Assembly: GCA_963824565.1 (NCBI GenBank)
Contig: CAWGQB010000028.1
Coordinates: 66,111-130,110, forward strand
Length of the DNA stretch: 64,000 nucleotides
DNA from: an uncultured Pseudomonadota bacterium
Lineage (GTDB): Bacteria > Desulfobacterota > Binatia > Binatales > Binataceae
Direction of reading: 5' to 3'
The notes beneath the pieces were generated by a model, which had not been told where the DNA came from, did not search any database, and saw only the letters and a program-made list of their open reading frames with translations. Positions 9,547 through 19,894 of this stretch are shown piece by piece; the first letter of the stretch is position 1, and every line of letters starts with the position of its first letter. The position numbers and the translations under genes were made by a program.

Positions 9547-10512
9547 ATGCGAGTTTTGATCACCGGCGGCGCCGGATTTCTCGGATCCCATCTGACTGAC
9601 GGGTTCATCGAGCGCGGCGACGAAGTCTTCGTCCTCGATACTGGCTCGATCGCCAAAGTGCGGCATTTGCTCGACCACCCGCGCTTTCATTACGTGCATG
9701 ATTCGGTCTTCAACCTGGAGCTGATCGACAGCCTGACCGGGAAGGTCGACCTGATTTACCATCTGGCTGCCGTGGTTGGGGTCGAGCATTACGTTGGCGA
9801 CCCGTACGAGACCCTCAACGTCAACGTCAACGGCACCCAGAACATCCTCAAGGCTGCCTACAAGTATAATAAGCGGCTGGTCTTCAGCTCCACGTCGGAA
9901 GTTTACGGGCGCAATCCGAAGGTGCCCTGGAAAGAGGATGACGACCGGGTGCTGGGCGCTACCACGGTCGATCGCTGGTGCTATTCGACTTCCAAGGCGG
10001 TCGGCGAGCATTTCTGCTTCGCCTATCACAAGCTGGGCCTGCCGGTGACGGTAGTGCGCTATTTCAACATCTACGGACCGCGCCTGGACAAGCTTGACGT
10101 TGGACGGCTGTTCACGATTTTCATGGGCCAACTGCTGCGCGGCGCCGATCTGACCGTGGTCGGCGACGGCCAGCAGACCCGCAGCTTTACCTACGTCACC
10201 GACGCGATCGCGGCGACCATGGAAGCTGGCCTGAAGCCCGAAGCCGACGGCCAGGCAATCAATATCGGGTCCGATGTCGAGACTTCGGTGCTCGAATTCG
10301 CCCAAATGATGCTCGAGCTGTTTGGCTCCAACCGCTCCAAAATCAAGTTCGTCCGGCAGGAAGAGGTTTACGGCAACAGCTACGAGGATATTCCGCGGCG
10401 CGTACCGGACAATACCAAGATGCGAACGCTCCTTGGCTGCACCCCCAAAGTCTCGCTGCGCGATGGGCTGGCCCGCACTATCGAGTGGTTTCGGAGCGAG
10501 CATGGCAGCTAA
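9547..10512 (+). CDS. NAD-dependent sugar-nucleotide dehydratase/decarboxylase (UDP-glucuronate decarboxylase / ArnA C-domain-like)
   Basis: 321-aa ORF. VLITGGAGFLGSHL Rossmann motif, STSEVYG, YSTSKAVGE (YxxxK). Confidence 0.85.
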   Translation: MRVLITGGAGFLGSHLTDGFIERGDEVFVLDTGSIAKVRHLLDHPRFHYVHDSVFNLELIDSLTGKVDLIYHLAAVVGVEHYVGDPYETLNVNVNGTQNILKAAYKYNKRLVFSSTSEVYGRNPKVPWKEDDDRVLGATTVDRWCYSTSKAVGEHFCFAYHKLGLPVTVVRYFNIYGPRLDKLDVGRLFTIFMGQLLRGADLTVVGDGQQTRSFTYVTDAIAATMEAGLKPEADGQAINIGSDVETSVLEFAQMMLELFGSNRSKIKFVRQEEVYGNSYEDIPRRVPDNTKMRTLLGCTPKVSLRDGLARTIEWFRSEHGS

Positions 10513-11468
10513 GCCCAACGCGGAAAGTGTCTTTTGCGCCCTCAATCAACTCGTGCAGCTAGCGCTCAAAATCGACGTCGATACCCACGAGGGGCTCAAG
10601 ACCGGAGTGCCCCGGCTGGCCGAGATGCTGCAGCGCGAAGGGGTGGCCGCCAGTTTCTTCGTCGCGATGGGTCCGGACAATTCCGGCAAGGCGATCCGGC
10701 GGATAATCACCAACCGCGGCTTTTTGACCAAGATGTTCCGCACGCGTGCGGTCTCGATGTACGGATGGCGGACGATCCTTTCCGGCACTTTGCTCAAGGC
10801 GCGGCCGGTCGCGATGGCTTTTCCGAACCTGCTGCGCGACTTGAAGGCGCGCGGCTTCGAGGTCGGCGTTCACGGTTACGATCACGTTCGCTGGCAGGAT
10901 CGAATCGACGAGATCGGTGAGCCGGGAATCGCACAGGAGCTCGAGGACGGATTCGAAGTTTACCGCTCGATTTTCGGCGAGGAACCGCGCGCGTATGCTG
11001 CTCCCGGATGGCGTGCCAACGCGAATCTCGATGCGCCTGGTGGACCGCGCCGGTCTGCTCTACCACAGTGATACTCGCGGTTCGGCGCCCTATCGGCCGC
11101 AAGTCAATGGCGCCGTGCTGCTCACCCCGGAAATCCCCTCCACGCTACCCACGCTGGACGAGGTGCTAGGCCGCGAGAAGCTGCCCGACGCGGCGGCAGT
11201 CGCGCGCTTTTATATGGATCGGATGAGCGCCGAGCGCCTCAACGTCCACACGATCCACGCCGAGACCGAAGGAATCGGCCAGATGGAAAGCTTCACCGCC
11301 TTGGTCCGCAGCCTTAAACAAGCGGGGACGGAGTTCCTGCGGCTTGACGCGGTCGCGGCGGCGCTGGATCGCGAATCGCTTCCGGTTTGCCCGGTGGTGC
11401 GCGGCATCCTGCCCGGACGATCTGGTTGGATCGCGGCGCAAGGCGAGGCAATGCGCGCCAGTTCCTGA
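10502..11468 (+). pseudogene. polysaccharide deacetylase, ArnD-like deformylase, one frameshift near 11.0 kb
   Basis: The ATG at 10502 overlaps the upstream stop. KIDVDTHEG and GVHGYDHVRW deacetylase motifs (ORF 10322..11071). The frame then switches to ORF 10917..11468 (...RLVDRAGLLYHSDTRG...NVHTIHAETEG). Confidence 0.75.
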
Positions 11469-11678
11469 ATGTACTTCCGCACCCGGTATTCACTTAACTT
11501 GACAGTCCGGCCCACGGACCTGTGACGCTGTTTTGACAATTCGTTCCCAAGTTGCACAAATGGCGATGCAATCAACCAGAGGAGAACCAAGGTATCGGAC
11601 GCCAAGATCGAACGGATATGGGCGCGCACGCGGGAACTCCGGCCGATTATCGAGGCCCATCGCGGCGAAGGTGAATTT

Positions 11679-12755
11679 TTGCGCCGGTTGCCTGACGCGA
11701 TCGGCCGCGCCTTCCTCGACGCCAACGTCTACCGCCTGCTGGTGCCCGAGGATCTCGGCGGTGAGGGCATCGATCCGATCACCTACTACGATCTCGCGGC
11801 TGAGGTTTCCTCTTACGATGGCTCCGTGGGCTGGAACTATGCGATCGGCGCCACGGGAGGAGTCGTCCTCGGCGGCCTTGCTTCCAAACCCCTGCGAACC
11901 ATACTTGCCAGCCCTGATTGCGGTGTGGCGGGCGCCGGTTCTCCAACGGGCAGGGCTATCGCCGTGCAGGGCGGCTACCGCGTCACTGGCCGCTGGGCCT
12001 GGGCCAGCGGTATCCATCACGCGAAATGGGTCCTCGCTTACTGCCCCATATTCGACGGCGACCGGCTGAGAACCTCCGCTGACGGTGTGCCCGTGGTTGC
12101 GGGGCTCCTTATGCCCAAGGAGGATTGCACTGTGCTCGACGCCTGGCACGTCGGCGGCATGCGCGGCACCGGCAGTACGGAATTCGAAGTCACCGAAGTC
12201 TTTGTTCCCGAGGAACGCGTCCTGCGCCTGCTAACCGGCGAATTCCGCCATCCGTACCCGGTTTTCCGCATGCCCGCGACGTTCTTCGGCTTCAACCATT
12301 GCTGCGTGCTGACCGGAATAGCCTGCTCCGCCTTGGCCGGGCTCAAGACGCTCGCAGCGACCAAGACCTCGGCGATGACCGGTCTTAGCCTGCGCGATGA
12401 CGTCCAGGCGCATTACGCCGTGGCCAAAGCCGAAGCTCTGATCGAATCCAGCGCGCTCAACATCAAAGAGGCGTTCCGGGCATTGTGGGAGAGGGTAGTT
12501 GCGGGCGAGCCTGTGCCGGTCGAGATGAGGGCCCATGTCCGCCGCGCTTGCGCTCTCGTCACGGAGTGCGCGGTCGAGGCAGTGCAGCTCTGCTATCGCG
12601 CTGCGGGCGGGACGGCGCTGTTCGAATCGGCGCCGTTTGAGCGGGCGCTGAGGGACGTTAACGCGGCCGCGAGCCATATCACCCTGCGCCGCATCATGAT
12701 GGAAGATGCCGGCCGCGTCGCCTTCGGCCTGCCGCCTCACAATCCGCTGTTCTAA
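11679..12755 (+). CDS. acyl-CoA dehydrogenase-fold flavoenzyme; N-terminus probably displaced by a frameshift near 11.59 kb
   Basis: 358-aa ORF with the ACAD middle and C-terminal domain pattern. In-frame upstream sequence DAKIERIWARTRELRPIIEAHRGEGEF has no start codon. A plausible ATG (11560-11566, MAMQSTRGE) lies in another frame. Confidence 0.7.
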   Translation: MRRLPDAIGRAFLDANVYRLLVPEDLGGEGIDPITYYDLAAEVSSYDGSVGWNYAIGATGGVVLGGLASKPLRTILASPDCGVAGAGSPTGRAIAVQGGYRVTGRWAWASGIHHAKWVLAYCPIFDGDRLRTSADGVPVVAGLLMPKEDCTVLDAWHVGGMRGTGSTEFEVTEVFVPEERVLRLLTGEFRHPYPVFRMPATFFGFNHCCVLTGIACSALAGLKTLAATKTSAMTGLSLRDDVQAHYAVAKAEALIESSALNIKEAFRALWERVVAGEPVPVEMRAHVRRACALVTECAVEAVQLCYRAAGGTALFESAPFERALRDVNAAASHITLRRIMMEDAGRVAFGLPPHNPLF

Positions 12756-12811
12756 GATGGCAGCTCTGATAATTCTGTCATGTTTAATGTACTATCTGAC
12801 CATAGGTTGCG

Positions 12812-13081
12812 ATGACGATGGATATCGATCTCACCCCGGAGTTTGAGGAGATGGTCAGGCGAAAGGTGTCGTCGGGCCAGTACACATCCGCCAGTGAGGT
12901 CATCCGTGTGGCCTTGCGCCTGATGCAGGAGCAAGACCGCTTGCGGGCGACCAAGCTCAATCGTCTGCGGCAGGATATTCAGGACGGACTGAACAGCGGT
13001 CCGGCGAGGCCGTGGAACCCCGAGGAAATTAAGCGCGCCGGCCGCAAGCGCCGCGCATCAAGAGCCACCGGCAATCACTGA
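12812..13081 (+). CDS. parD: ParD-family (ribbon-helix-helix) type II antitoxin, no adjacent toxin gene
   Basis: 89-aa ORF. IDLTPEFEEMVRRKVSSGQYTSASEVIRVALRLMQEQ...LRQDIQDGLNSG is the ParD4-type pattern. Only 65 nt separate it from the purA stop. Confidence 0.7.
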   Translation: MTMDIDLTPEFEEMVRRKVSSGQYTSASEVIRVALRLMQEQDRLRATKLNRLRQDIQDGLNSGPARPWNPEEIKRAGRKRRASRATGNH

Positions 13082-13146
13082 TCAATGCCGCAAACCGGCC
13101 AAAGTTGTCAAAGGCATGGGTTTTGGTTGACGCTTTGAAGACGAAA

Positions 13147-14442
13147 TCAGGATAGGAACGGATTCTTGAGCATGATCGTGGCTTCGCGGGCGGCGCCGGT
13201 GCCGACGATTGCCAACGGCACGCCCGCCACCTTGCTGATGCGCTCCAGATAGCGCCGCGCCGCCGCCGGTAGTTCGCTCATTGTCTGGACTCCCTGGAGG
13301 CTTTGATGCCATCCCGGCAGCTCTTCGCAGACCGGGCGCACCTTATCCAGCGCCGCGCGACCCGGCGGCATTTCATCGTAGCGCTGGCCGCCTAGCTCGT
13401 AGGCGACGCAGATCTTGATCGGGTCGATTCCGGTCAGTACGTCGAGCTTGGTCAACGCCAGACCCCATAGGCCGTTTAGACGGCTCGCGTGGCGGGCCAC
13501 CACAGCGTCGAACCATCCGATGCGCCGGGGCCGGCCAGTGGCGCTGCCGAATTCCTCGCCCTCCTCGCGCAGGCGCTTGCCCAGGTTGCTCTTGATCTCG
13601 CTCGGGAAGGGCCCGCCGCCCACCCGCGTTGTGTACGCTTTACTGATGCCCAGGACCGCCTCCAATCTTCCCGGCGGCAGACCCGCGCCGGCGAACGCAG
13701 CACTGGCCACGCAATTGGACGAGGTCACGTAAGGATAAGTCCCGTAATCGATATCCAGCATCATGCCATTCGCGCCTTCGAACAGAATGCGCTTGCCGGC
13801 TTCGAGCGCCGAACACACGTAGGCGCCGGTATCCGCCAGATACGGCATGATCTGTTTGCGCACCGCCTTCATCTGCTCAAGCAACTCGTCGGCCTTGACC
13901 GGCTTGGCCTTTAGCACCGCCTTGAGATAGGCATTTTTTTCGGTAAGATTGCGTTCCAGCTTGACTGCGAATGATCGGAAATCAACCAAGTCCACGAAGC
14001 GCACTCCGGTCCGCGCGACCTTGTCCTCGTAGGCCGGCCCGATGCCGAAACCGGTGGTGCCGATCGCATTCTTGCCCAGCCGCGCTTCGCGGCCCCGGTC
14101 TATCGCCCGATGATAGGGCATCACCATGTGCGCATCGTAACTGAGCTTGAGGCTGCCCTCGCCATTGAGATGGGCATGAGCCTGGAGATTGTGGATTTCT
14201 TCGATCAACGCGAAGGGATCGACTACGGTGCCGTTGCCAATCACGCAGACCTTGCCGGGATGCAGCGCTCCGGCTGGAACCAGCCGCAGGATGAACTTCT
14301 GCCCATCGACGACCAGTGTGTGAGCGGCGTTATTGCCGCCCTGAAAGCGGACCACGATATCGGCGTCGGCGGCCAGCAAGTCAACGACCTTGCCTTTGCC
14401 TTCGTCACCCCATTGTGTGCCGACCACGGCCACAGTCTTCAT
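13147..14442 (-). CDS. purA: adenylosuccinate synthetase
   Basis: 431-aa ORF. GTQWGDEGKGK P-loop, GNNAAHT, TTGFGIGPAYEDK, GATGRPRR. Confidence 0.95.
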   Translation of the reverse strand: MKTVAVVGTQWGDEGKGKVVDLLAADADIVVRFQGGNNAAHTLVVDGQKFILRLVPAGALHPGKVCVIGNGTVVDPFALIEEIHNLQAHAHLNGEGSLKLSYDAHMVMPYHRAIDRGREARLGKNAIGTTGFGIGPAYEDKVARTGVRFVDLVDFRSFAVKLERNLTEKNAYLKAVLKAKPVKADELLEQMKAVRKQIMPYLADTGAYVCSALEAGKRILFEGANGMMLDIDYGTYPYVTSSNCVASAAFAGAGLPPGRLEAVLGISKAYTTRVGGGPFPSEIKSNLGKRLREEGEEFGSATGRPRRIGWFDAVVARHASRLNGLWGLALTKLDVLTGIDPIKICVAYELGGQRYDEMPPGRAALDKVRPVCEELPGWHQSLQGVQTMSELPAAARRYLERISKVAGVPLAIVGTGAAREATIMLKNPFLS

Positions 14443-14564
14443 GCGATGCGGGACCTCGATGCGCGTCGCGCGCCCGTGACAGTTTGCGGGCGTGCAACAG
14501 CTAAATCAACAGTGCCCGTGGCGCTTGATGGCTGGCCGCGTCCTCGTGTTGCCGCCATCAGAGC

Positions 14565-16154
14565 TTAAGCAATGATGCCGAGGTGATTGCGGGAAGACTC
14601 CTCGAGATCGTCGAGTACGGATGGCGGCACGGGACCGTCGACTTGCACCAGGTTAATCGCCATCCCGCCGATGCGGTCGCGGCCCAACGAAAAGCCGGCG
14701 ATATTGACATTCGCGCGCCCCAGAAAGGTGCCCACCTGACCGACCACGCCGGGCACGTCGCGATTACGGCACATGATGAAATAACCTTCCGGCACGGCCT
14801 CGACCCTGAAGTTGTCGATCCTGGTTATGCGCAGCGCGCGGTTGCCGATCAGCGCGCCCGCCACTTCGAGCGAGCCCGATGGGGTTCGCACCAACAGTGT
14901 CAACGTGTTGATGTAGTCGGTGGCCTCGCGCGAGCGGCTTTCCACCACCCGGATACCGCGCTCGCGCGCGATGAATGGCGCGTTGACGTAGTTCAGCGTT
15001 ACCGCCAGGAAATTGCTTAACAGCCCTTTCAAAACCGCCGCCGTGATCGGCTCGAAGTTGAGATTGGCGGCCTCGCCGCCGAGCTCGACCGTGACCTGGC
15101 TGGGCGCTTCGGTGATAAGCTGAGCGGCCAGGCGGCCCAGCCGTTCCCCGAGTATGAGATGCGGCCCGAGGACTTCGAGTTCCTTGGCGGTCAGAGTCGG
15201 GATATTGACCGCCTGGCGGATCGCGCCGTGGAGCAGGAAATCGATGACCTGCTGCGCGATATCGATTGCGACCTGCACTTGCGCCTCGCCGGTGGCCGCG
15301 CCCAGGTGGGGCGTCGTGATCACCTGGGGAAGCTTGAGCAGCGGATGGTCGGGCGGGGGCGGTTCTTCGACATAAACGTCGAGCGCGGCGCCGGCGACCT
15401 TGCCCGAACGGATCGCCTTGATCAATGCGGCCTCGTCGACGATCCCGCCACGGGCGCAATTGATAATCCGCACGCCGTCTTTCATCCGCGCAATCGCGGC
15501 CTCGCCGATCAAGCCCGCGCGTTTCGTCGGTTAGCGGGGTGTGGACGGTGATGAAGTCGGCGCGTTCGTAAAGTTGAGTCAGGCTCGCCAGTTGGATGCC
15601 GAGCTTGCCGGCGGCCGACGTCGGTCAGCATCGGATCGTAGCCGATGACCTTCATCTTCAGTCCGACCGCGAGGTCGGCGACGATGCGGCCGATGTTGCC
15701 CAATCCGACCACGCCCAGGGTTTTGCCGCGGACCTCGGTGCCGATGAATTTCTCGCGCTCCCATTTGCCGCATTTGGTGGAGGCGTCGGCGGCCGGAATA
15801 TGCCGCGCCAGCGCCATCATCATCGACAGGGCATGCTCGGCGGTGGTGACGCTGTTGCCCGACGGGCTGTTCATCACCACGATACCGCGGCGGGTCGCCG
15901 CTTCCAGGTCGACGTTGTCCACCCCGACGCCGGCGCGTCCGATGACTTTCAGCGCGTCGGCCCGTTCTATAACCTCGCGCGTGACCTTGGTCGCGCTGCG
16001 GACCATCAGCGCATGATACGGGCGCGATTATCTCGGCCAACTGTGCCGAAGTCAGTCCCGGCTTGATATCGACCGACAGCGCGGGATTGCCGCGCAGCAC
16101 TTCTACGCCCTTGGGCGACAGGGTATCACTCAACAGAACGCGGTACGTTTCCAT
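14565..16154 (-). pseudogene. serA: D-3-phosphoglycerate dehydrogenase with C-terminal ACT domain, 3 frameshifts
   Basis: Pieces in order: METYRVLLSDTLSPKGVEVL... ; [18 protein letters not shown]...GVDNVDL...[10 protein letters not shown]...VIGYDP ; [34 protein letters not shown] ; [23 protein letters not shown]... and the ACT domain. Junctions are +1 insertions at 16020-22 (ggg), 15615-16 (cc) and 15511-12 (aa). Confidence 0.85.
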
Positions 16155-16161
16155 GATATCT

Positions 16162-17380
16162 TCAAGCGCCGGCGGCAATTTCGTTGTGTGCCGCGGCGAC
16201 TCCGGCGCCGCAATGGAAATCGTAGCCTTCGTGCATGAGCGCCATTTCCAGCGCCCCCACCGCGACCAGGATATCCAACGGCGAGATGTAACCCATGTGG
16301 CCGATGCGGATCAGCCGGCCCTTCATCTGATCCTGACCGCCCTGGATCGTGACCCCCAGGATATCGCGCATGTAGCGCACCAGCCGGGAGCCGTCGATGC
16401 GATCCGGGACCATTATTCCGGTTACGCCGGGAGCCGGATTTTCAGGCGCCAACAGCTTCAGTCCGAGGGCGTCGGCCGCCGCGCGGGTGGCCCGGGCCAT
16501 CAGGCGATGGCGCGCGAAAACCGCCGGCAGCGTTTCAGCATGAATCATTTCAAGGCTCTTATTGAGCCCGAAAATCAGCGAGATAGCCGGAGTATAAGCG
16601 GTTGTGTGATCGTCGCGCTGGGCCTTGAGCTCGCGGTTCAAATCGAAGTAATAGCGCGGCGTGCGGGTCTTCGCGGCGCGTTCCCAGGCGCGGCTTGGAT
16701 AATGCCACCACACCGAGTCCGGGAGGCAGCATCAGCGCCTTCTGACTGCCGGTTACCAGCGCGTCGATTCCCCATTCGTCCATCTTCTGTTCGAACACGC
16801 CGACCGAGGTGATACCGTCGACTATCAGCATCACGTCCCGATGGCGCGTAATCGCCGCAATCTGCTCGATCGGATGGACCGCGGTGGTCGAGGTCTCGCT
16901 GGCCTGCACCATTACGGCGCGGGTGTCTGGATGCTGCCGCAACGCGTCCTCTATCTGTTCGGGCCGCGCGGCGCATCCCCATGGCACCGTGATTTCGTAA
17001 GCCTTGATTCCGAGCGCGGCCATGATTTTGCCCCAGCGCTCGCCGAATTTTCCGCCATTGACGAACACCGCGGCTTCGCCGGGAGCGAGCAGATTGCCAA
17101 CCGCCGCTTCCATCGCGCCGGTGCCCGAGGAAGCCAGCAGCATCACTTCCTCGCTGGTTCCCATCAAGGGCTGCAACCGCTGCCGCGTTTGGTCGAGCAC
17201 GGCGCTGAATTCGGGCGTGCGATGGTGAATTATCGGGCGCGCCATCTCCAGCAACACTTCAGGTGGCACCGGAGTGGGCCCAGGAGCGAAAAGATACTTT
17301 TTGAAAGGAGGCACTTTCGGCTGGTTCGAGGGCTGAATTCTTTTGAAAAATCCCGAGCGACAAAAAAGCCAGCACGCCAA
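16162..17380 (-). pseudogene. class-V (AGXT/SerC-type) PLP aminotransferase, one frameshift near 16.70 kb
   Basis: KKYLFAPGPTPVPPEVL N-terminus and TGSQKALMLPPGLG (PLP lysine) in ORF 16559..17380. Continues as ...PRYYFDLNRELKAQRDDHTTAYTPAISLIFGL... in ORF 16162..16713. The start may be the GTG at 17314. Confidence 0.8.
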
Positions 17381-17400
17381 GTGCCAGCCAAACCTTATCG

Positions 17401-17426
17401 AATATAAAATCGCCCGATTTACGGGC
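17401..17426 (-). terminator. possible rho-independent terminator after the R-M genes
   Basis: GCCCG-ATTTA-CGGGC hairpin (17412-17426), followed on the minus strand by GATTTTATATT. Only a 5-bp stem. Confidence 0.35.
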
Positions 17427-17460
17427 TGTTATTCAAGATACCTGGGATAACGAAGCGATA

Positions 17461-17489
17461 CTACCGAGTCAAGGTGATGGTCTCGGTAG
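17461..17489. repeat. perfect 8-bp inverted repeat with 13-nt spacer
   Basis: CTACCGAG (17461-68) ... CTCGGTAG (17482-89), at the left edge of the AT-richer island. Confidence 0.5.
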
Positions 17490-17608
17490 CAGAGACACCT
17501 TGGAGCAGCGCACCAGCTTAAAGATGCCAGCGGGCAGTGTATGCCCTGCACACCGTGTCCAACATCGTTCGGTAGTCGTGCTCAACATCGATGCCGAGGC
17601 TTCGCGGG

Positions 17609-18309
17609 TCACTCGGGAGCCGGGATGTAAGGTTCGCTGACGTTGTCGATAAATGCGGGGACGAGCATGACGTAATCGTATCCCACGACGTGGGTATGTC
17701 CGGGTGGGCGGGTCCGCAACTGGCGAAACCTGCTCACCGTGTTTGCGAAGTCGTTTGGGCGATTGACACTTATGGCCCACTCAAAATCCTTCCACAGGTT
17801 TTGGTCTCCGGAAGAAAGCCGCGGCAGGATCTTTTTTAGAAAATGGCCCGGTTTGTTTTTATAATGAGATTTGACCTTGTCGGGAACATTAAGAACTTTT
17901 TCCGCGACGCCAATAATAACAGTCGCGATCAAAACTGCCTCGGCTTTCACACGATGGAGAACCTGCAAGGCTTCGTTCAAGTCATCGAAACGAGCATAAA
18001 GATTGCGATGCGCGGTAACCACGGACTTGTTTTCCACGCAGAGCCGGATTTTATCGAGATGCGGATCCGACCTTTCGCGTCAGCCTGGCCCACCAACAAA
18101 TCGATTTTGCGGTTCCGCGCTCCTGGAGTCTTTACATTCTTCCAATCCGCAATCTTTCCGCTCGCGAAATCGGCCCCGAAAGGGCCGCACTCACGTTTCA
18201 GATCAGCCAGAATCCCTTCGCTTACTACATCTGAATGGTCTTCCAACCTTTGATTGTGAAATCCTCTCCGTTTGATCTGCTCTATCACTCCGTCAAACGG
18301 CGTGGTCAT
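17609..18309 (-). pseudogene. putative type II restriction endonuclease (PD-(D/E)xK), frame broken near 18.04 kb
   Basis: The ATG at 18309 gives MTTPFDGVIEQIKRRG...NRKIDLLVGQADAKG (ORF 17977..18453). It continues in another frame as LCVENKSVVTAHRNLY... (ORF 17609..18037). D...ExK arrangement (IDLLV / VENK). Adjacent to a methyltransferase. No family recognised. Confidence 0.5.
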
Positions 18310-19728
18310 CGTGTAGCCTCTGGGAAGGCAACGCCGGCGATTCGGGATGGGAATAGCGTCGTCTAACGGCGTGTCTTTTTCGCCCAATGATTCCGAGGTC
18401 ATCTGGAATGGGCATCGCTTTAAGCACATTGCTTTGAAGGCGAAGAAAGCCATTGGCCGCCCTCTGGCAATGCTCTGACAGCCAATGCGCGATCTCGGTG
18501 GAGTTGAGATAATCGCACAGCGGATCGATAATCGCCGGCGTCATTCGGGACCACGTAGTAGACGGAATGGCGCGGAACGAGATTGCCGGCCGCGGTCGAT
18601 CCAGAAATGAGGCTTTTGCGTGATGTCCTTGCACAGGATTTTTGGGCGCAGGATTTCCGGCAGCGGCGGAGTTTCGTGAAAGGCATACCAGGGCTTTCGT
18701 CGAACGCAGGTTCGCTGCAACAATTTGCCGCGGACTCGGCGTACCGCGCGCAAATAGTCGCCGAAAGCTGCCCAATTCATCTTCATCAAGGAGGGAGCCG
18801 GTTTCGGCGTAGGGGACGAGCATGGAATATCTCGTCTCGCCAATTTCACCTGGAAGATTCAATTCCCTGCCGCTGATAGTTGGCCGGGCGAAGGCCGCGA
18901 GTTGCGGTTCAAGCTCTTGGGTCTTTTTGACGAATATCGCGTCGGCCCCGGTTGCCACGCCACAACTGATTCGAATGCAAACGTCTTCCAGAGCGAGCCG
19001 CCGGGGCAGCTGCTTTTCCGCGCCACGAAGCAACGGCATCCATGAGTTCCATCGTGGCTGAAGACGCATCGATGCGCAGTGCCGTCGCGCAGTTTGACGA
19101 GCGTAGCTTTGCCTGACGCTCGGTTGGCCAGGACCGTGATTGTCGGATACGTCACCAGCCCATTAAAAACCTGCTCGTCCTCCAGCCTGATTTCTTCAAT
19201 CTCGAAGCCGCCCAGCAGGCGCCTTAAGGGTGCGGCAGTTTCGACATAAAGGAATTTTTCGGGCGTGATGAACACCATCCGCCCGCCGGGATTTAGACTC
19301 TTCAAAGCACGTTCGAAGAAGAGCAGGTAGAGATCGAATCGCCCATGCGCAGTTTCATAGCGCGCCCGGAAGCAGTGCTTTTCACACTCAGTCAGACCGA
19401 GAATCGAAACGTAGGGCGGATTTCCGATGATAAAGTCGAATTTCTCGTTACCTTGGATCAGAAAGTCCGCACAGCGGATTTCGACTTGACGGTATGAGCG
19501 AAACGATTTTTCGGCCTGCTTTGCGCGGCTGGGTTCGCTCTCTACCCCCACCATATGAGGCAAGTCGACAAGCCCCGATTTACACCAGCGAAAGACTCCC
19601 TCTATGAATGCACCTGTTCCACAGCCGGGATCGAGGAGTCTGTCGCAGGTTCGCGGCCGCCGACCTGTGAACAGCAAGTTCACCATGAGATCGACGACCG
19701 GCGGCGGCGTCGGAACGAATCCTCTCAA
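18293..19728 (-). pseudogene. N6-adenine DNA methyltransferase, TaqI/Eco57I-like gamma class, at least 5 frameshifts
   Basis: LLDPGCGTGAF (motif I) and IIGNPPYV (motif IV) in ORF 18859..19728. C-terminal target-recognition region is scattered over three frames (GVATGADAIFV ; RKPWYAFHETPPLPEILRPKILCKDITQKPHFWID ; VPRHSVYYVVP ; LNSTEIAHWLSEHCQRAANGFLRLQSNVLKAMPIP). 3' end uncertain. Confidence 0.8.
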
Positions 19729-19894
19729 CGGTGCCCAAACCTCCCTTCAGAATGGTTCCTATTTTGACCGCCAAAGTCCAGTCGTGTCCCGCACAGCATG
19801 GGACTTCAGGGTCGTTACCGCATGAAGAGACTCTTTAGTCGCCGGCCAATCTTCCAGGCTCAGGTGTGCCAGCGCGGATTTCCGGGCCCGAACA

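Larger units (their letters stand above)
17440..19800. other. AT-richer island 1 (decayed type II R-M genes)
   Basis: Visibly lower GC than the flanks (eyeballed). Holds only the endonuclease and methyltransferase remnants. No integrase, tRNA or obvious flanking direct repeats. Confidence 0.5.
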
